Shown: positions 10,701 through 18,600 of the stretch, piece after piece
How positions within the stretch are numbered: position 1 is the stretch's first letter
How the letters are laid out: the number at the start of each line of letters is the position of its first letter
NCBI GenBank assembly: GCA_031409655.1
Contig: JANNXQ010000251.1
Location: forward strand, 1 to 24,713
DNA: 24,713 nucleotides
Source: Chthoniobacteraceae bacterium
GTDB lineage: Bacteria; Verrucomicrobiota; Verrucomicrobiia; Chthoniobacterales; Chthoniobacteraceae
Direction of reading: 5' to 3'
Notes under the pieces: generated by a model
Told to the model about the DNA's origin: nothing
Databases searched by the model: none
Seen by the model: the letters and a program-made list of their open reading frames with translations, nothing else
Program-made: the position numbers and the translations under genes

Positions 10701-12733
10701 GCGCTGATGATCACGGGCGAATCACCAGTCGGCGTCGCATTTCCGATGAGCCCGCCGACGACGGTGAGCGTGCCAATGTCACGCCCCGCGCGGATCGACG
10801 CGTTCTTCGTGAGCACGGCCGCAACGCCACCGCCATCGGTGCCGGAGATGATCGAGCCGCCGATGAAGACGCTGCCGATGCGATCCTGGCTCTCGATCGC
10901 GCCGGAGGTAAAGAGCGACGCGCTCCCCGCGGGGATGCTGCCGCCGAGCAGGTCGTGGCCGATGCTCACCGCACCGAGCGCACCGTCGGCATGGATGAAG
11001 CCGCTGAAATCGCCCGCGCCGCCGATGAGCGACCCGCCGATGGTGAGTTTGTCCAACCGGCCGCGGGAAAAGATTTCCGCGGAACGCTCGCCCGCGCCGC
11101 CGAGCACGTCGCCTTTGATGAGGATCGTCCCCATTTTTCCCTGGCTGAAAAGATAACCCGTAAGGGAACCGCTCCCGCCTCCGCCGAGCAGCGAGCCCCC
11201 GATGGTCACGCTCGAAAGATCACCGCCATTCGCACCCAAACCTCCGCTGCCGCCAGCCGTGCCACCGACGATGGAGTGGCCGACCGTGACCGGCCCGAGG
11301 TGGCCCGCGCTCTGGATCAGGCCGCTATTCGATCCCGCGCCGCCGACGAGCGAACCGCCGATCGCGACGCTGGCGATCCGGATCGTCGCGTCATTCCCGG
11401 CTCCCGCCCAGACGGTGCCGGAGGCGCGCCCACTCGCGCCGAGCACGTCGCCGCCGATCTTCACCGCACCGATTCCGCTGAGCGCAAAAATCTGTCCGCT
11501 TTGCGTGATGAAGTTCACCACGTTCGTGTCGTAGCGCCCCGCGCCACCGATGAGCGAACCGCCGATGCTCACGCTCGCGAGCATCCCGCCCGCGTCGATC
11601 TTCCCCGACTCATCGCCCGAGCCGCCTTGCACATCGAAGCCGATCTTCACCGGGCCGAGGTCACCGCCGCTCGCGATCTGGCCGCTATTCGGCCCTGGCC
11701 CGCCGAGCAGCGAACCGCCAATCGTGACCGAGGTGATTTTTCCCCCGGCGGTGATCTCGCCCGCGCCATTGTCGCCGCCGTTGAGATTCCCGCCGATGGT
11801 CACCGGTCCGAGGTCCAAATTTGCCTGGACGACGCCACTCCCCGGTCCAGCGCCGCCAAACAGCGAGCCACCGATGCTCACCGACGTGATCTTGCCATCG
11901 GTGGAAATCCTCCCGGAAGTCGCGCCGAGACCTCCCACGAGATCGCCCCCGATCTTCACCGGTCCGAGGTCGGAACCGCTGAGGATCGCGGCGCTGGTAT
12001 TGCCCGGCCCGCCGAGGAACGAGCCACCGATCGTCACGGACGCGATCTTTCCATTGCTGCTCAGCGATCCCGATACGGGACCGGAGCCGCCGAGGAAATC
12101 GCGCCCGATCTTCACCGGACCGATGTCGCCCGCCGCCCGGATGCGACCGCTCTCCGCGTCCGCACCGCCGAGCAGCGAGCCACCGATGGTGATGCTCCCG
12201 ATGGGGCCATTGGCGTCGTTCGTCCCGCCATCGATCACGAAGCTCGCGCCGGCCAGATCGCCCGAGATATGGAGCGCGCCGAGCCGCCCAAAGATACCGC
12301 TCCGAAGATCGCCCACGCCGCCCTGCGTGGCCGGCCCATAGAGTCCCATCGAGCGGACACTCAGCGACTTCAGCGCATCGCCGGGAGCGATCACCGAATC
12401 GCCCGCGTCGATCTGCCCGAGATCGCCCGCGATCGCGACCTTCCCGAGATCGCGCCCGGTCGCGTCGATGCGCCCGAGATTTACGAGCCCGTCGCCGGTC
12501 GCGCTCTTCGTGAGGACGCTCGCGGTGACGTTCGTGTTTTGGAAAACGGCCGCCCGGAGATCGAGCAAGCGCAACTGCCCGCCGACTTCCGTGACGGCCG
12601 CGGCGAGTTCGGCATTCGTGCCGAGCGTGGTGGTGATCTTCACGAGGTCGCCATCGACATCGGTGAAGGTGAAGACGGCAGCGGGAGCGATGCGGGTTTC
12701 GAGGGGTTCGATGGAATGGGGTGCGGATTTCAT
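7775..12733 (-). CDS. 1652-aa Gly-rich beta-solenoid-like repeat protein with LEPR-XLL-like leader and two tandem modules; paralogue of 2755-7746
   Basis: Start reassigned to the ATG at 12733 (MKSAPHSIEPLETRIAPA) by analogy with the paralogues and a C/A-rich leader. The second module begins near 10130 (NASTVTYQDADGDKVTVKFSK). Confidence 0.9.
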   Translation of the reverse strand: MKSAPHSIEPLETRIAPAAVFTFTDVDGDLVKITTTLGTNAELAAAVTEVGGQLRLLDLRAAVFQNTNVTASVLTKSATGDGLVNLGRIDATGRDLGKVAIAGDLGQIDAGDSVIAPGDALKSLSVRSMGLYGPATQGGVGDLRSGIFGRLGALHISGDLAGASFVIDGGTNDANGPIGSITIGGSLLGGADAESGRIRAAGDIGPVKIGRDFLGGSGPVSGSLSSNGKIASVTIGGSFLGGPGNTSAAILSGSDLGPVKIGGDLVGGLGATSGRISTDGKITSVSIGGSLFGGAGPGSGVVQANLDLGPVTIGGNLNGGDNGAGEITAGGKITSVTIGGSLLGGPGPNSGQIASGGDLGPVKIGFDVQGGSGDESGKIDAGGMLASVSIGGSLIGGAGRYDTNVVNFITQSGQIFALSGIGAVKIGGDVLGASGRASGTVWAGAGNDATIRIASVAIGGSLVGGAGSNSGLIQSAGHLGPVTVGHSIVGGTAGGSGGLGANGGDLSSVTIGGSLLGGGGSGSLTGYLFSQGKMGTILIKGDVLGGAGERSAEIFSRGRLDKLTIGGSLIGGAGDFSGFIHADGALGAVSIGHDLLGGSIPAGSASLFTSGAIESQDRIGSVFIGGSIISGTDGGGVAAVLTKNASIRAGRDIGTLTVVGGLIGNATPTGDSPVIISAFGKTPVAGMTTDLAIGKISIGGRVEWAHILAGFDTALAPRNADAQIGTVAVGADWIASSIVAGVRNLGFDGVTGGTGTNANNVSFGNFLDQKIPEAGELTGVNSRIASIVISGQVMGTPFTFRSSDSFAFVAEQIGALKVGARTFTLQAGAGDDGFRINERDDGVLFDATIRELGASIGSFITANSSAKLVNASTVTYQDADGDKVTVKFSKSLLTAANVASVFRFDTGVVNDGVLAAQQLRFLDLRPLASSGLGVTFTVVRGAAGDGLVHVGAIESTGFDVGAVSIPGDLGRIDAGGMHTTASQLGVKSLAVRTLGRLGLETQEPAVAGFTSSLQSDIAGGLGALTVRQDIADAFVNVSGSIGPVTIGGSLIGGDAIDSGAIQATGAIGAVKIGQHLQGGSAGNSGKIFASTGNIASVTLGGSVLGGNGVRSGRIDAGANLGPVTIGHNVRGSTSVYSGGIGAEMTIASATFGGSLIGGVGQHSGGLEAEGAIGPVSLAHNLLGGGEDAGRIVGAKLSSVVIGGSLIGGYDRSGGSILTVRALPLLPNADIGSVKIGHNVLGGAAEATGVIRADGKLTSVTIGGSLLGGSGPDSGKIESETDTLAVSIGENIAGGAGSGAGNLFAKGKLGAVGVGGSFIGGAATLAGEIRGATGIGVVKILGNLMGGAGGETARIHAGGVTLIEIGGSMVGGAGGNTAQIYTSGGNGIGALKIRGSLIGGAGGSSAQVDCGGVLGLLTIGGSFVGGSANYSGEVNGVQGIGTATIGGSFYGGSIAGTTPAQVGAGLLWSESGRIASVTIGGSIVAGWDTSTGGGLTRNASIRAADDIGAIFVRGSLHGHDGSSVTIIARGQATPGAGGDVALASLTVGGGIERVEILAGYDIGLNFTNANARIGTVKVAGDWVAGNLFGAQRIAAIQIGGVVAGTASAFDAFSFQAAQIGSFKSFGFIAPLTPGTDGPIALSPTTGDVRLVEG

Positions 12734-13008
12734 GGTAGAGCGAGGGTTGAGAATGGTGGAGGGGTGTGCGGTCTCCGGGAGGAGCGGAGTTTGGCGATCA
12801 TTGGGTGCCAAGGAATTGAACGGGCCTGTTCCCCATTCTTTCCCCTGATCGCCGCTCCTTGAGAGAGCAGCGGTGGGGCGGCATTCCACACGCGAGATGC
12901 ATGACGAGAACGGATGAGAGGTGCGCGACTGGCACCGCACTGGGAGGTTAGCAGCGCAAGCTGCGCGAAGACGAGGCGGAAGTTATAGCGACGCCAACGC
13001 TGGCCCGC

Positions 13009-14157
13009 TCAAACGAGGAAATTCAGCCCGATCTCCTGGGCCAGCAGCGCACTCCCGAAGAGCGCCGGGTTCGTGGCGTCGGTGGCGGTGGCCGGTGGCG
13101 AGGCGCGGTAGGCGGGAAAGAATTTCCCTGGCTCCACGGGCGCGCCGTGGTGGCGGGACCACTCCTCATTGAGCGCGGCGTAGGCCGCGGCGTCGTGGAC
13201 ACGCTCGTAAGTGCAGAAGGGTGCGCGGAGCGGGGAGAAGTTGGTCTTAAAGCGGAAGACCCCGTCATCTTTCCCGTAGCCGCCGCCCAGGATCATGCGC
13301 TGCCGCCCGCTGCCGAGCGCCGCGCGGATGGTCTCACAGAGGTACACATTCACCGGGCGCACGTGCGTGAAGCGCCGGTCGGCCGCGGAGAGATGCCAGT
13401 AGATCTCGGTCGCATCTTGAAAGAAAAGCCCACCGGCCACCGTGTGACCATCGAACTCGGCAAGCACGAAGAAGGCATTTTCCGGCATCGTTTCGTGGAA
13501 AGCCATGAAGTGCTCGATGGGGTTAAAGTAGCGATCCAGCGCCTGCCGCCGCTCCATGGTCTGGGTGTGCAGGCGGTGAAAGGCGATGACGTCCTCGGGA
13601 GTCGAAGCCCGGCGTACGGTCACTCCGGCGCGGTGGCCCTGACGGGTCTGCCGGCGGCCATCGGAGGAGAGCGACTTCGTCCAGATGTCGTCCTCCGACC
13701 CCGTGAGATCCACGAACACGATTTCGCGATCCAACTGCACACCCGAAGGCTCGACCAGCGCTCCGGCACCGTTCCACGGATTCAGGTGGGCAAACTCCGC
13801 GACGATCCCCACCTCGAGACAGTGCGCCGAAAAGACCGCGGGAAAATCCAGCGCGGCCAGTTCCTCCGGGGAAGCCCCAGGCAGAGCCAGCGGTCCGCGA
13901 TATTCGGGAGAAGTGGTATCCATCCAGGTCGCGCCGAGGTGCTCCGCAAAAGGCAGACTCGCGATCGGTCGCACGAGGTAGGGATAGGCCACCAGCGGCC
14001 GCTCACCTCCGGCCACAAAGAGCCGCGCGGCGAGCCCCGTCCGCGCCTCGAAGATCCGGAGATACTCGAGACTCGCGGTGATCGAGAGGTCCATCGGCAC
14101 CACCGACCGCCAGCGCTCCGCGTCTTTCGTGGTGAGCGTGTACTGTTGGGGGGGCAT
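13009..14157 (-). CDS. GNAT-family acyltransferase, FemAB/FemX-like double-GNAT type
   Basis: 382 aa. Motifs include TSPEYRGP, IVAEFAHLNP, VDLTGSEDDIW, FHRLHTQTMERRQA...YF, VAGGLF, YWHLSA and LGGG...DDGVFRFKTNF, typical of FemAB-like/Acetyltransf_6 proteins. Confidence 0.8.
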   Translation of the reverse strand: MPPQQYTLTTKDAERWRSVVPMDLSITASLEYLRIFEARTGLAARLFVAGGERPLVAYPYLVRPIASLPFAEHLGATWMDTTSPEYRGPLALPGASPEELAALDFPAVFSAHCLEVGIVAEFAHLNPWNGAGALVEPSGVQLDREIVFVDLTGSEDDIWTKSLSSDGRRQTRQGHRAGVTVRRASTPEDVIAFHRLHTQTMERRQALDRYFNPIEHFMAFHETMPENAFFVLAEFDGHTVAGGLFFQDATEIYWHLSAADRRFTHVRPVNVYLCETIRAALGSGRQRMILGGGYGKDDGVFRFKTNFSPLRAPFCTYERVHDAAAYAALNEEWSRHHGAPVEPGKFFPAYRASPPATATDATNPALFGSALLAQEIGLNFLV

Positions 14158-14393
14158 GAATCAGTTTGGGGCAGGCCAGAGATGACCGCTAAAGATGTAT
14201 GTCCAGGTGGCGACTCGGGACAACGCTCGAATTTGCGGCCACCGACTGATCACTGTTGAGGGAATCTGCGCGGTTCTTCGCCCCGCTCGGCCGCGGCCGC
14301 ATTATGAAAAGATCGGGTGTCCGGAATCCGCGCCCCAGAGCTGATCTCTCCGGAGAGCGCAGGGCTCCGCCATGTCCCCACCCGTGGCTGCGC

Positions 14394-14912
14394 CTACTTC
14401 GTCAGTGCTTCGAGAGCCTTTTCCACCGAGCCATTGGCGCAATCCGGGAGTACCAGTTTCCCGGTCGCATCGAAGATGTAGTAATCCGGAAATCCATTGA
14501 CCGCGTAGGCCTTTCCGGTCGCGCCGGTGGTGTCGAGGCAGACGGGATATTTGATGCCTTTTTCCTGCGCCACTTTCGCCATCGTTTCCCCGCCCCTCGG
14601 ATGGCACACGCCGATGATCACCACCATGTCCTTATACTTCGCGGCGAGTTCGTTGTTGTGCGGAATACTGACGATGCACGGCCCACACCAGGTGGCCCAG
14701 AAATCGAGGACCACGATCTTCCCTTTGAGGGTGGCGAGCGTGGCCGGTTCGGCGTTGATCCAGTTCGTGACTTCCAACGCCGGCGGGTTTGCGGGATCGA
14801 GCGCTTTGAGACGCTCCCGAAGTTTGGCGTCGCCTTCCTGAAAGGCGGTGAGATCGGGCTCCGCGAGAGCGGTACCGGTGAGCAGAGTGAGGCCAAGGAG
14901 GAACCGGTTCAT
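14394..14912 (-). CDS. Exported TlpA/ResA-like thiol:disulfide oxidoreductase (172 aa)
   Basis: Signal peptide MNRFLLGLTLLTGTALA. LKGKIVVLDFWATWCGPC active site and cis-Pro loop VNGFP. Confidence 0.9.
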   Translation of the reverse strand: MNRFLLGLTLLTGTALAEPDLTAFQEGDAKLRERLKALDPANPPALEVTNWINAEPATLATLKGKIVVLDFWATWCGPCIVSIPHNNELAAKYKDMVVIIGVCHPRGGETMAKVAQEKGIKYPVCLDTTGATGKAYAVNGFPDYYIFDATGKLVLPDCANGSVEKALEALTK

Positions 14913-15006
14913 GGGGCAAGAGTGTCTCATTCCGGCCCCCAGTTCAAAGGAAGTTCCGCGAGTGCCGCTGGCTCCGCGGCGAGCCGACGAATAACTTTTT
15001 GGCCTG

Positions 15007-15080
15007 CGGGCTCGTATCGCGCCGGGCGTCGGCTAGCTTCCCCGAATGTTCGGGTAGCATGAACCTCTGCAGTTCGATCT
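15007..15080 (+). repeat. Left, decayed copy of a 74-bp direct repeat (upstream region plus first 12 codons of the DUF4407-like gene)
   Basis: Aligns without gaps to 19629-19702. The core 15045-15080 matches 19667-19702 at 33/36 positions. Codon 4 is TAG here and CAG in the intact copy. Confidence 0.85.
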
Positions 15081-15521
15081 TGGCCCATTACGCGACCCCC
15101 GCGTGGGCGACGCGGCGCTGACCTTGAACTTTGACGCCACCGGCTTCGGCTACGCATCGCTCACGGACGAATGCACCTTTGCCATCTACGGCGTCACCGA
15201 TGACGCTCAGGACACTTGGTCCAGCGAAACACTGGCGTGGGAAACGGCGCCCGCCTTCACCTCCGCCGCCGGCACCGTGGATATCACCCGCGCGACAAAG
15301 CTCGGCACTTTCACCACACCCCGCGGCGGCGGCGGCGGCAGCTACAACATCGCTGGCCAAACGCTCGCCAATTATCCTCAACGCCGACGCCAACCGCCGG
15401 GCTACGCTCATCATGGTGCGCGAAACCAGCCAGGCCACGCGAAACTCCGCCGTCCACGGGTTCACCGGCAACCATCACCTCACCCTTGCCCCCCCCAACG
15501 CTGCACCTGACGCTGGAGTGA
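15046..15521 (+). pseudogene. Chimeric pseudogene: dead DUF4407-like 5' end fused in frame to a decayed C-terminal fragment resembling a DNRLRE/CBM96-like domain
   Basis: Reads MFG*HEPLQFDL...DAALTLNF...FAIYGVTDD...W...LAWETAP...KLGTF...LANY, then a +1 shift near 15376 to LNADANRRATLIMVRET...VHGF...LAP, then a +1 shift in the C8 run at 15489-15496 to PTLHLTLE*. The domain assignment is from resemblance only. Confidence 0.65.
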
Positions 15522-15650
15522 GCCCGGGAGTTGGAAGCAGGCTGGGGCATATTCCGTGCTCTCACGCGGGAACTACCTTCCCGCCGTGGTCCCGATCCCC
15601 GGGGCCTTCGACTGGCATCCCACGCCACTGCCCATTCCCCACTTCCACGT

Positions 15651-18600
15651 ATGAACGCATCGAATCTGCCTCCGTCTCCGAATGTCTCTCGCGGACGGTC
15701 GCGCCGTTGGAGACCGTTGGTCGCCGCACTCTCCGCGATCCTCGCCTCGATGAACTGCCACCAGCAGGCACATGCAGCGCTCAATGACAACTTGATCGAT
15801 GCGCAACTCGTGGACCTGAACGGGCGGCTATCGATTGATACGACCAACTTTACCCGGGAAACGGGTGAAATCGGTTCGGGGACGGTGAATGCGCGGACGG
15901 CATGGTTTGTCTGGACAGCTCCTCCTGGCGGCCCGGCCAGTGTGCGCTTTGCCACCCACGGTTCGAGCTACGATACGATCATCAATCTGTACAAACGTGA
16001 TTCGCTCAATCCGACCCCGCTGGTCGCAGACCTGCTCGCGGTCTCTGGCGCGCCAGAAAACCCCGTGCTTGTGGACGACGATTCCGCAATCACCGTGACC
16101 CAAGGTTACGTGGCGTGGACGCCGCAAGCGGGCACTACTTACTTCATCTCCGTCGGGCGCAATGGAGGCGGTGGCGGAAATACGACCCTGGAGGCGACCT
16201 TCGGACCGGTGCTCGCCGCGGATGCGGTGACGGCCTCGATCCCGAATGACAGTATCGGCAGCGCGCTGGAGATCGTCGCGTCAGTGACCACTCCGGCCAC
16301 GCAGGTGCCGCGGAGTCAGGCAGTGCCCGGCACAACCATCAGCGCTACCGCCGAGGCGGGTGAGCAGACGCTCGGGGCCGCATCGGCGCCGAAAGGCGGC
16401 ACGGTCTGGTATCGCTACCGTGTTGGCGCGAGCGCGGAAGTCTTCTCCGTGGCGCTGTCCGATTTCGATGCGGATGCCGTGGGCCAGGTGATCCTGCAAG
16501 CCTTCACCAATACGGTGACGCCGGCGGCGCCGACCTTTGCGCAGTTGAGCTTTGCTGAGGAAGACTCGATCAGCAGCCGCCTGGGGCAGCCTCGGTTGGT
16601 GATCAATGCGGCGGCGAACTCCGAGTACTACTTCCGCGTGACGAGCACGGATGGCGACGGCGCGTTGTTCAATCTCCGCCTCGACTATAGCCCGACGGCG
16701 CCAACAAACGACCTGATCGCAAGTGCCGTCACCCTCACCTCCACACTGCCCAGCATTCGCAATCTCGGGGAAAACATCTACTCCGCGACGCAGACTGATC
16801 CGACGGGCTTCAGTGGCAACACCAGCGGCGCGAATGTCTGGTATGCGTGGCGCGCCCCGGCGAGCGGGCCGGTGAAGATCCGCAGCATCGCACCGACGGC
16901 CGTGGGGACGACGGGCAATTCCCATCCCATTGGCAGCACCTTCAAATACGACTGCGAAGTGTGGTTTGACACGAGTTCGCCGAAGGACACCGCCTTCGAC
17001 ACGGCGACGGCGCAATCCGCCGGTGGCTTCAACGACGGTGGCACGCAGGAACGCACTTTTTACGCCTTGGCCAATGTGATCTACTTCATCGAGATCGGCG
17101 GCGACAGTAACACCAATACGTCCGGACGCGGTTACTTCGGCTTCGTCATCGAAGACACGCGCATCACCGATGTGGCCCGCACGGGGGTCTCCTACAGCTC
17201 CGAGGGCGTGCTGAAACTCATGAGCCCGCCGGTGGTCAATCGCTATGGCGACGTGGCCTTTGCCTCGACCTTCGAAGCCGGCGGCCCGGTCACGACGCGC
17301 AATGACGCGGGACTCTTCCTCTTCAATGGCGCGACGACGCGTGTCGCCGTGGTGAAAGGCGACCAGGAATACGGCACCCCGCTCGATATCGATGGCGATG
17401 GGATCAAGGACGACAAGGTCATCTTCGGCAGCTTCACCAATCTCTTCCTCGCCGACCGGACTGCCGCTGGAGATACCGACGCGGATCTCGGCTTCCGCGC
17501 CTCAATCGCTGGGACAAGCGACGACCAACCCGTCACGCTACTGAACAATCTCGGCTTCTATCGCGACGATCCCGCCAATACCGGCGTCCGCGAGATGCGC
17601 ACGAGCGACTATCTGAGCACGTCTTTCACTTGGAATGACGGCACGGCCTTCCTCGGCGCAGTGAATACCCCGATCCGTGAATCCGCCGACAACACCGCGC
17701 TTGTGACCGGCCGCCTAGTGGGCATTCCGCTGGTGCGCGACACGGGAATCTTCGCGAGTTCGCGCAATGTGGTCGTGCAGGAGGAAGACCCCGCGCCAAA
17801 CACCTCGGATGGCGTCGAGTTTGGCGACATCACCGGCACACCGACGGTGAATTCCGCCGATGGGCTCGCTTTCCGCGCGATCCTGCGCGGCCCGGGCGTC
17901 ACCGCGGCGAATGACACCGCGATCTACTCGGTGGCCGATTACAACGCTGCCCCCAACGCGCTTAACTATCGCCTGCGCCTCCGGAAAGGCCTCGCGATGC
18001 CGGGCGCTGCGGGCAGCACCCTGGCGGGAGGCGCGACGGTCTTCTCTCTCGGTGAACCGCGCATCAACAGCAGGGGACGCATCGCCGTGCTTGCGGGCTT
18101 GAAAGTCGGCAGCGGCGCACCGGCCGTGACCGCCGCGAACGACATCGCCATCGTCAGCGACCTGCTCCTGCCCGATCTCTCCTTTGCGATCGTGGCGCGG
18201 GAAGGAGACCTCGCGCGTGACGCCGATGGACAGACGATCTCGGGGGTGAAGTTCACGAGCTCTTTCACAGCCACAATCATCACGGGTAACGCGGTCATTT
18301 TCTCCGCCAAGGTCATCGGCACCGGCATCACCGCCACCAACGATTGCGGCATCTGGCTGTGGGATGGCACCACGACGTACCTCATCGCGCGCAAAGGTGA
18401 CCTCGCGCCGGGAATCGTCGGCACGGGAGTGAAATTCAAATCGCTGGGGCTTCCGCTGGCCAACCCCGGTGGACGCGTCGCCTTCACCGCCACGCTCGTC
18501 GGCACGGGCGTGAGCCTCACCAATGACACCGGCCTCTGGGCGGTGGAAGAGGATGGCCTCACACCCCTGCTGCGCTTGCGGAAAGGCGAGACCTACGACT

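Noticed and set aside
6520..11885. Similar segments as a DGR template/variable repeat pair
   Set aside because: Differences are not adenine-specific, both copies lie inside paralogous genes, and no reverse transcriptase is present.
12794..12812. Possible sigma54 site (minus strand TTGGCAC...)
   Set aside because: The -12 position reads TC rather than GC at the required spacing.
2743..12862. Very long plus-strand ORFs (2743-7845, 8180-12862 and many Pro-rich ones)
   Set aside because: They are antisense shadows of GC-rich, Gly-rich repetitive genes, and the coherent motifs are all on the minus strand.
12734..12940. 69-aa N-terminal extension of the 1721-aa ORF
   Set aside because: It is unlike the paralogues, which start just before the RIAPA motif, and it runs through intergenic-looking sequence.
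12982..13012. Possible sigma70 promoter TTGAGC-N19-TATAAC on the minus strand
   Set aside because: The 19-bp spacer is long and the -35 overlaps the GNAT stop codon, so support is too weak.
14200..14245. GGTGGC...GCCACC stem-loop upstream of the GNAT gene as a tRNA remnant or riboswitch
   Set aside because: There is no cloverleaf, T-loop consensus or riboswitch motif I recognise. An Rfam scan would settle it.
15055..15057. In-frame TAG as pyrrolysine or readthrough recoding
   Set aside because: It is explained by a CAG-to-TAG change relative to the intact copy, and the downstream frame has two further frameshifts.
15651..15730. SRRW as a Tat signal
   Set aside because: It lacks the RRxFL consensus, so a Sec signal with AHA-A cleavage is more plausible.
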